IMG/VR virus record: IMGVR_UViG_2913820460_000006
Span: 1-64,000 of that record
Length of the DNA: 64,000 bases
Source: a virus
Taxonomy: Duplodnaviria; Caudoviricetes
Reading direction: 5' to 3' (one strand)
Position 1 is the stretch's first letter. Each line of letters starts with the position of its first letter. Both the position numbers and the translations under genes were made by a program. Below the pieces are notes generated by a model. It searched no databases. It worked only from the letters and a program-made list of their open reading frames with translations, and was not told where the DNA came from. Positions 10,701-19,700 of the stretch are shown here, piece after piece.

Positions 10701-13700
10701 AATACAAATCAGTCAAAAGTGTTGAGGAACAGAGTTCAAGTACACAAGTCGACAGACTTTCTGAAATCAAATCACGCATTGAAGAACTGCACAAGGAACA
10801 AGAAGCCGCACATGGTCAGAGTGATATATTTGAGGAAGCCCGCATTATTTCCGAAATAAACGACCTCTTTACTGAACAGCGGAAATTGGAACAAAACAAT
10901 TCCAATGAAGAAACGACAACACCGACTGATGCTGCATACACCATTACTCAGGCACAATATACCACCAAAAGGGGTAAGGTGTTGGATATGCACCTTGTGA
11001 AGTTCAATAATAAATTAAGAGATACTGTTCGGAAGCACACCACAATGTTTGCCAAACAACTGAAAGGCTGGTGGGACAAGGAAAAGCAAGGCTTCATGAT
11101 GCGGAGCAAGGAAGATGCTGAACGCTTGGCAGAATATGCAACCGATGCACAATCACAACCACCTTTGTCTTTGTCTGATTTGTCAGAAGTAAATGACGGC
11201 AATGTGCAGTTTTCAGAACCTCAACAACAGAAAGCCACGAAGCAGGAGGAAAAGCAGGAATATACTCCTATATGGCAATACTCTGTTTTTGTTGATAAAG
11301 AAACAGGGGAAACTACATTAAGTCGTGATGATGTGAGCGGTCCCATACCTATTGGTGATGCACGTTTTCGTCAGACAACCAACAGCCCAGAGGAAATGTT
11401 AGACATTCTTCGCAATCCTCAGAACGGTATGCAAGAAGTTTTGGATGCAGTTGGCATTTCGCTCGAAAATAAAATTAAGACCCGAGAACTTGATCGCAAG
11501 GCAAAGGATGAAATTCGTGACAAAAGGACAGATTTCGTTGTTGACAAGGAAATGGATAACAGATATTCTGTTCGTACTTTGATGAAGATGATTGATGCGG
11601 AAAAACAGGCTGTGATGGATTTAGGAGAGAAGCGTGGTGGAGACGTTTATCATGAAGGAAATATTATTTTCCTGACTAAAGATAGTGCAGATAAGTTTGC
11701 TAATGAAGTCCGAACTCTTATCAACGATATGCGGAGTGAGCAACAACAAGACAATTCGCAGAAAAAGACTGAAGCGAGTGGTAACCGTCTTGTTACTGAT
11801 GAGCGTTATGCAGAACTTCGTGAGCGTATGCGTAAGAAGTTGCTCGGTCAAATGAATATAGGTATAGACCCTGAGATTCTTGCCATTGGAACAGAGATGG
11901 CTGTTTACCATTTGGAGAAAGGTTCACGTAAGTTTGCCGAGTATGCAACGGCCATGATTGCAGACTTGGGCGATGCCATACGCCCTTACCTTAAAGCATT
12001 TTACAATGGTGCGAGAGATTTGCCGGAGGTGGCAGAGAACGGACTGGATGCAGACATGACTCCATACGATGAGGTACAACAATTCGATGTGGCGAATTTC
12101 GATAAGAAAAGTATTGATGCGCTTGCTACCGCCGAAACCGTAACAAGAGAGACCGAGGTGGAGCAAGAGGCAGAGATTGCACAGGAACGCATCAAAAAAA
12201 GTCGCCCTGCACGTAAGAAGAATGAGAAAAAAGCAGTAAATTCACAGCAGTCAAATGAACTGGGCTTGTTTGACGATCTGATTGATAACAATAAAAACAA
12301 CGAACATGGATTACAGAGAACTGATGCAGAACGCTCCGAAGGATTGTCAGCCAACGGTAATCGACACGGACAAGGATTATCAAGAGGCACTGAAACAGGT
12401 AGCGAAAGCGAACAACAAGCAGGTAGAGGAACTGACAACGAAGGAGAAAGAACAAGCGATGCAGTCAATAGGATTGTGCGACCTCGACTTTCAGATGCCA
12501 TAACTGAGAAGAAGAATACCCATAACAACCATTCGGAACGTGGTAAAGACCACGCTCCGACATCAGTAGATGCCCGTATCGAAGCCAATATCAAGGCTAT
12601 CGAACTGGCAAAACAGTTGCTTGAAAGCGGCGAACGGGCTACAGAAAAACAGATGCAGACTCTTCGCAAGTTCAGTGGCTGGGGTGGCTTGGGCAAGGCT
12701 TTCAACGAAGGTACATCGTATGCTCCTAATCCCATTGCAAAGAAGCTCCGTGAGTTGCTTGGTGAAAAGGCATATCAAGAGGCCGTAATGAGTGCAAATA
12801 GTGCCTATTACACTCCGGCATACGTTGTGGATACGCTTTGGGACATTGCCGAACAAATGGGCTTCAATGGTGGAAACATTCTTGAAGGTTCTGCCGGTAT
12901 CGGCAATATCTTGGGACAGATGCCTACAAACATCAGTGAGCGTAGTGACATCCATGCCATAGAGATTGACGGAACTTCGGGAGGCATCCTCTCGCTCCTC
13001 TATCCTGATGCCAAAGTGGAAATACAGGGCTTCGAGCAGACACGCATACCGAATGGCAGCGTGGATTTGGCTATTACCAATGTTCCGTTCGTTACAGGAC
13101 TCCGTGTGAACGATACCACCGGCGATAAAGACCTGTCGAAGAAATTCCACAACATACATGATTTCTGTATAGCAAAGAATGTGCGCAAACTGCGTGAGGG
13201 CGGTTTGGGTATCTTCATCACATCCAACGGCACGCTTGACAACAGCAAGAAGCTCCGTGATTGGATTGTGAACGAGGGAGGTGCAGATTTCGTGGGTGCT
13301 TTCCGTATGCACAACAAGACTTTCGGAGGCGCCGGGGTAACCTCCGACATCGTTGTTATCCGCAAGCGTGTGAACGGGCAGAAGTCAGTCCACGCCATTG
13401 ATGTAAGCGATGTGAGCGGAGAGCGCATGGCAGAATATGACACCGGGGAAACACGCAAGGTCAAAGGCAAGGAAACGCCGGTCATCAAACAGCTTTCGAT
13501 GGACTACAACCGCTATTTCATTGAACACCCTGAAAACATGGCAGGTGAAATGCATTTTGCATTTGAGAAAGGTGACACTTTCCGCCCGACAAGCAAAGGC
13601 TTATACCCTAAACAGGATAAGAAGCAGGAAGAAATGTTGGCTGAATTTGTCCGTTCGTTCCGTGCGGAGGAATTTGGTGAGCGTAACACAGAAGTTATCA

Positions 13701-16700
13701 CTGATGTAATGCCAGGCAAGAAGATTGGCGAAGTGTTTGTTAAAGACGGAAAGCTGTACATCAACTCGACAGCAAGCGCACAACCCCTCGAAGTAAATGC
13801 TAATAAGGTAAAGGGGCATACGAAAGTGGAATGTTTCGAGGCGTACACCGCTATCAAGAAAGCCCTTGCAGAAGTCCTTTCCTATCAGACCGAGAATGAA
13901 AGCGATGAGGGGCTGAAACCCTTGCTTGACAAACTCAACAAGGCATACGATGATTTTGTCAGCACATACGGACACTTCAACAAGAACACCGCCATTGCGT
14001 TTCTCCGCAATGATGTGGACTATGCCAATGTATTCGCTCTTGAAAAGTTTGAGGAAACGGCAGATGAAAAAGGAAACCGGATACAGAAATTTGAAAAGAC
14101 CGATGTATTCAGCAAACGTGTCGTTGAAAAAGATAAAGAACCCACCCCGGCCAATGTCAAGGACGGTATCATTGCAAGTATCTTCAAATTCGGTCGTGTG
14201 GACATACCATATATCGCCGAACAACTTGGCACAGGCATCGAAGATGTGAAGAAAGAAATCATCGAGAGCGGCTACGGTTTCGAGGACCCAGTAAGCCGAC
14301 AGATGGAAGCATCGTATCAGTATTTGAGTGGAAATATCCGTGAAAAACTGCGTCAGGCAGAGGAAAACAACGAGAATGGGGAATTTGACCGCAACATCAA
14401 GGCATTGCAGGAAGTCATGCCAATGGAAATCCCCGCACATCTGATAGACTTTACCCTCGGCAGTTCTTGGATTGACCCGAAATTGTATGAAGATTTCGTA
14501 AAGGAACGAACGGAGGTAAATGTCCGGTTTACAGCAGTAGGCGGTACTTGGTTTATGAAAGAACCATACTTTACCAACTACGAAAAGAACCGTGCCATGG
14601 GCGTGACCAGTGAAATGCTCGGCAGAACCATTATGGGGCACACTCTCATAGAAGCTGCCATTCAGAACAGAAGCATTACAGTTTCCACCACCAAGAAACA
14701 TTATGACGGCACAACAGAAACAATAACCGACAAGGAGGCTACACAAGCTTGTGCTGCCAAGATTGATGAAATCCGTCAGGACTTCAAGGACTGGGCAAGG
14801 CAGAAGATGCAGAGCGACCCGGAAATGTCGGAACGTATGGAACGTATCTATAACGATATGTTCAACAACTTTGTGCCTATGAGCATACCGGACGAGTTTG
14901 TGCCGGAGTATTTTGGAGGTGCTTCACATAAATTCAAGATGCGTCCTCATCAAGGCAGAGCCATCGTGAGAGGCACACAGCAACCGTTGTTGCTTGCCCA
15001 TGAGGTAGGAACAGGAAAAACCTTTACCCTTATTTCCACAGCAATGGAAATGCGCCGTTTAGGTACTGCCCGCAAACCGATGATTGTTATACAGAATGCC
15101 ACGGTAGGTCAATTTGTTGCAAGTGCAAAGGAACTGTACCCGAATGCCAAGATACTGACACTCGAAGAGGCAGACCGTAGCGCAGATGGTAGAAAGAACT
15201 TCTATGCCAAGATACGCTACAACGACTGGGACATGATTGTCGTTCCGCAATCAACCTTTGAATTTATTCCCGACAGCGAGGAAAGGGAAATGGCTTTCGT
15301 GCAGGACAAGATTGAGGAGAAGATGCTCATTCTTGAACAGATGAAAGAGGAAGACCCGGACGGAAAGAACATGATTACCCGGCAAGCCGAACGTGAAATC
15401 GAATTGTTGGAGGAACAGCTTGCCGGACTTGCAGACAATGCTTCAAAGAAACGCACCGCCAACGATGAGAAAAAACGTGCCGTAGCCTTGCAGAATGCAG
15501 AAGTCAAGGCAATGGAAATGCTTGACCGCCGTACTGACGATGTGGAGAACTTTGACGACATGGGCATTGATGCCCTGCTTGTGGATGAAGCCCACGAATA
15601 CAAGCACCTTGGATTTGCCACTGCCATGCAGCGTGGAGTGAAAGGTGTGGACCCGTCATACAGCAAAAAATCACAAGGCGTATTCTTGAAAACACAGGCT
15701 GTTTTAGAAAAGAACAACGGACGAAACGTAATCTTTGCCACAGGTACGCCTATCAGCAATACCGCTGCAGAGATTTGGACGTTCATGCGCTATCTCATGC
15801 CTGCCGATACAATGAAAGAATACGGTATCTATTACTTTGATGACTTTGTACGCAACTTCGGTAACATTCAGCAAATGTTGGAATTCACCACAAGCGGAAA
15901 GTTCAAGGAGAACAATCGCTTTGCCGGATACGTGAACCTGCCCGAACTGGTGCGTATATGGTCTGGAGTGTCCGATACTGTCCTTACCAAAGAAGCCGGT
16001 GGCGTAAAGGACAAAATACCTGAAATGGAGGGAGGAAAGGCACAAGACCTCTATCTGCCACAGACACGTGCATTGCGTAGTATCATGAAGTTCGTAAAGA
16101 GCGAACTTGAACATTATGAGCAGATGAGCGGCAAAGAGAAGAAAGAGAACAGTCATATTCCGCTCACGATGTATGGTATTGCCAAAGCTGCTGCCGTGGA
16201 TGCCCGATTGGTGCAGTCAGATGCAGAGGACGACCAAAACAGCAAGACCAATGAAGCCGTGCGCCAAACTTTGCGCTCACTGAAAGAAACAGCCGACTAC
16301 AAAGGTACGGTTGCCATTTTTGCCGACAATTATCAAAATAAGCAGAGCGGATTCAATCTTTATGATGACATCAGAAATAAACTGATTGCAGAGGGTGTTC
16401 CTGCTGATGAGATTGTAGTAATGAGGTCGGGAATGACCGTCAAGAAGAAACTTGAAATCTTTGAAAAGGTAAATCGTGGTGAAGTTCGCGTGATTCTCGG
16501 TTCTACCTTTACGCTCGGTACGGGCGTGAACATTCAGGAACGACTGCACACGCTGATACATTTGGATGCACCCAACCGTCCTATGGACTATACCCAGCGC
16601 AACGGACGCATTTTGCGACAGGGAAATTTGCATAAGGACATGAACAAGCCTGTACGCATCTTGCGTTTCGGAGTTGAGGACAGTTTGGATGTTACCGCCT

Positions 16701-19700
16701 ACCAACGATTGAAAACAAAGGGAGCGATTGCCGACAGTATCATGAACGGCAAGCAGATGATGAACAACAGCATGACCAACCGTGTGCTTGAAGAGGAAGA
16801 AGATGTGTTTGGCGATACCGTTGCGCAGCTCTCCGGCAGTGAGTATGCCATGCTGAAAAACAATGCGGAAAAGAACGTGCGTAAATATGCAAGCCGCAAA
16901 AAGCAATGGGAAACAGACCAAACCTATATCCATAATGCCAAGCCAAGACTGAAAGCCTTTATCAAGGATGCGGAAAAGCGCATTGAGGACAACGGCAGGT
17001 GCTTGGAGGCTGTACGCTCGTCATTCCCCGATGGACAATTCAAGGAGATTGTAACCGGGAAACATCGCTTTACTTCTGTTGATACAATGGATGATTTTTT
17101 CAAGGAACACAACAAGAGTGTCCTTGCCGAAATGAAGCAGATGAAAGACGGTGAGATTTCAGGAGAACAGAAACGGGAACTGATTATACAGATAGGCGAT
17201 TTTTCATTTGTGGTCACAACAAAACTGACAAGGAAAACCATGAGTGACGGTGCAACACTTTTCAATGATGTTGAGCGTAGAATGACCTACTCTTGTCTTG
17301 AACTCGGCATTGAAGATGTGCCGGTACGCCAAAACCTGCTTCGCAATGCCGTTGAGGATATTACAGACAATGTGATTACAGGAAAGGATTTTGCAGAGAG
17401 ATTGAGTGCCGGAGAGCGAAGCAAAAAACATAATGAAGCCGAATTGAAAGAACTCCTGTCAAGAGAGGGCAAGCCATTCGAGTATGAAGAAGAATTGGCA
17501 CAGGCGAAAGCACAGTTAGAGGAATATGCCGAACTGATGAAGAAAGAGTTGGAGGAAAAGGAAGCCAAATACGCTGAAATGGATGCAAGCGTGGAAACGG
17601 CAAATAATATTTCCGCCTCGGAAGAAGATGATGAATTAAAACGCGAAGGTGGTGGTGCCTACACCGATGATGAAGTCAGTTATGAGAATGACCCAGTAGC
17701 AAAACTGCTCGGTCAGTCAAGAAGAACGGCAAAGCAACGGAGGGAATTTGCACAGCGCGAACGCCAAAGAATGGCAGAACGTGTGGAAATCCTTGCCGAG
17801 AAGCTGCATCTTGACAATGTGGAGATTGTTACTGATGCTTCCGTCTTGGATGGAAAGAAACAGCGTGCAAAAGGCTTCTATTCGAAGAGTACAGGGAAGA
17901 TAACCATTGTCATTCCCAACCATACAAGTGCGTTTGATGTTGAGCAGACGCTGCTACATGAGGCTGTGGCGCACTATGGTTTGCGCCAGTTGTTCGGAGA
18001 ACATTTTGACACATTCCTTGATAATGTATTCAACAATGCCGATGAGAACATACGCAAACGCATTGTAGATATGGCTGCAAAAAACGGTTGGAATTTCCGA
18101 AAGGCTACCGAAGAATATCTTGCTTCGCTTGCCGAACAAACAGAATTTGAAAACATCAATGCAAGCTGGTGGCGGCAGATAAAGGATTTCTTCCTGAATA
18201 TGCTCCATAAGATAGGCTTCGATGATTTCAGAGGGGTTACTCTGACAGACAACGAACTGCGCTACATATTGTGGAGAAGCTATGAGAACCTTGCCGAGCC
18301 GGGCAGATACAGGAGCATCTTGGGTGAAGCTGCTGATGTGGCAAAACAATACGAGTTGGGGGTTGGTAACTATTCGGATACCAACCGCAACCCGAATTTT
18401 GCAGCAGATAGCAATGATGAGCTCTATCGTGACGGCAGCCCCGAAATGCACGAAAGAGAGTTGGCACGAGACCGCTACGAAAGACGTGTTAAGACAGGAA
18501 TGTTCCAATCACAGGAAGCATTGCAGGATAGTATGCTCGGACTTAAAGAAGCTATGCAGGCTATCCTTGGCCAAGGAACAAACATTGAGGATGTGGACGG
18601 ATTTGAAAACGCATACTTGGGCGAAAATCGTCTGTCGAGCGTGAACAAAGCCGAAGCCGATGCATTTGCACACACCCTGTTCAAGCCCATGCTTGATGAA
18701 GTTGCCAAACTCGCCCGGACTGAGGCAGAGCGTGAGGAATTGACCGATTACATGATGGCGAAACACGGACTTGAACGCAATACATATATGCGTAATGAAG
18801 CAATCAATAATGGGGCAACCAATGCAGACCAAACCGACTATGCCGGACTTACAGCCCTTACAGGTATGGATAATGTTACCGATGCTGAAACGGAAGCACA
18901 GATAATGGTTAACGATTACGAACAGGCACATGACACTGCCGACCTTTGGAAAAAAGTCAATGCTGTGAGCAAAGCAATACTTTCAAAGTCATACGAATGT
19001 GGCATGATGAGCAAAGCGACCTTTGACAAGATTTCAGATATGTATGATTTTTATATTCCGTTACGTGGTTTTGATGAAAAGACCAGTACTGAAGCATACG
19101 CATATCTGACGCACAAGCAAAGTGCATTCAATGCTCCTATCAAGAAAGCGGAAGGACGAAGGTCGAAAGCGGATGACCCTTTTGCCAACCTGCAATCAAT
19201 GGCAGAAGGTGCTATCATGCAGGGCAACCGGAACAAATTGGTAAAACAGCGTTTCCTTAATTTCGCACTTAACCATCCGAGCGACCTTGTCAGTGTGAGC
19301 GACATTTGGGTAGAATACGATACGGTGACCAACGAATGGAAGCCTGTGTTTCCTGACAACATAGACAGTACAGACACCCCCGAAGAAGTAGAACGGAAGA
19401 TGCTGGACTTTGAAACAAAGATGAAATCGCTGGCACAGCAATACCCTGACCGATACAAGCATGGAAAAGATACCGTGAATATTCCTTACCGTATTGTGGA
19501 AAGCAGGGATATGAGGCAGCACCAAATTATTGTGAAGCGTGGCGGCAGGGACTATGTGATTACCATTAACGGCAATCCCCGTGCGGCACAGGCATTGAAC
19601 GGACAGACAAATCCCGATAACGACATGTCGGGGGCAATCGGGGCTATTCTCCGTGCAGGAGAAAATATCAACCGACAGTTGAGTGCGTTCTATACTACAC

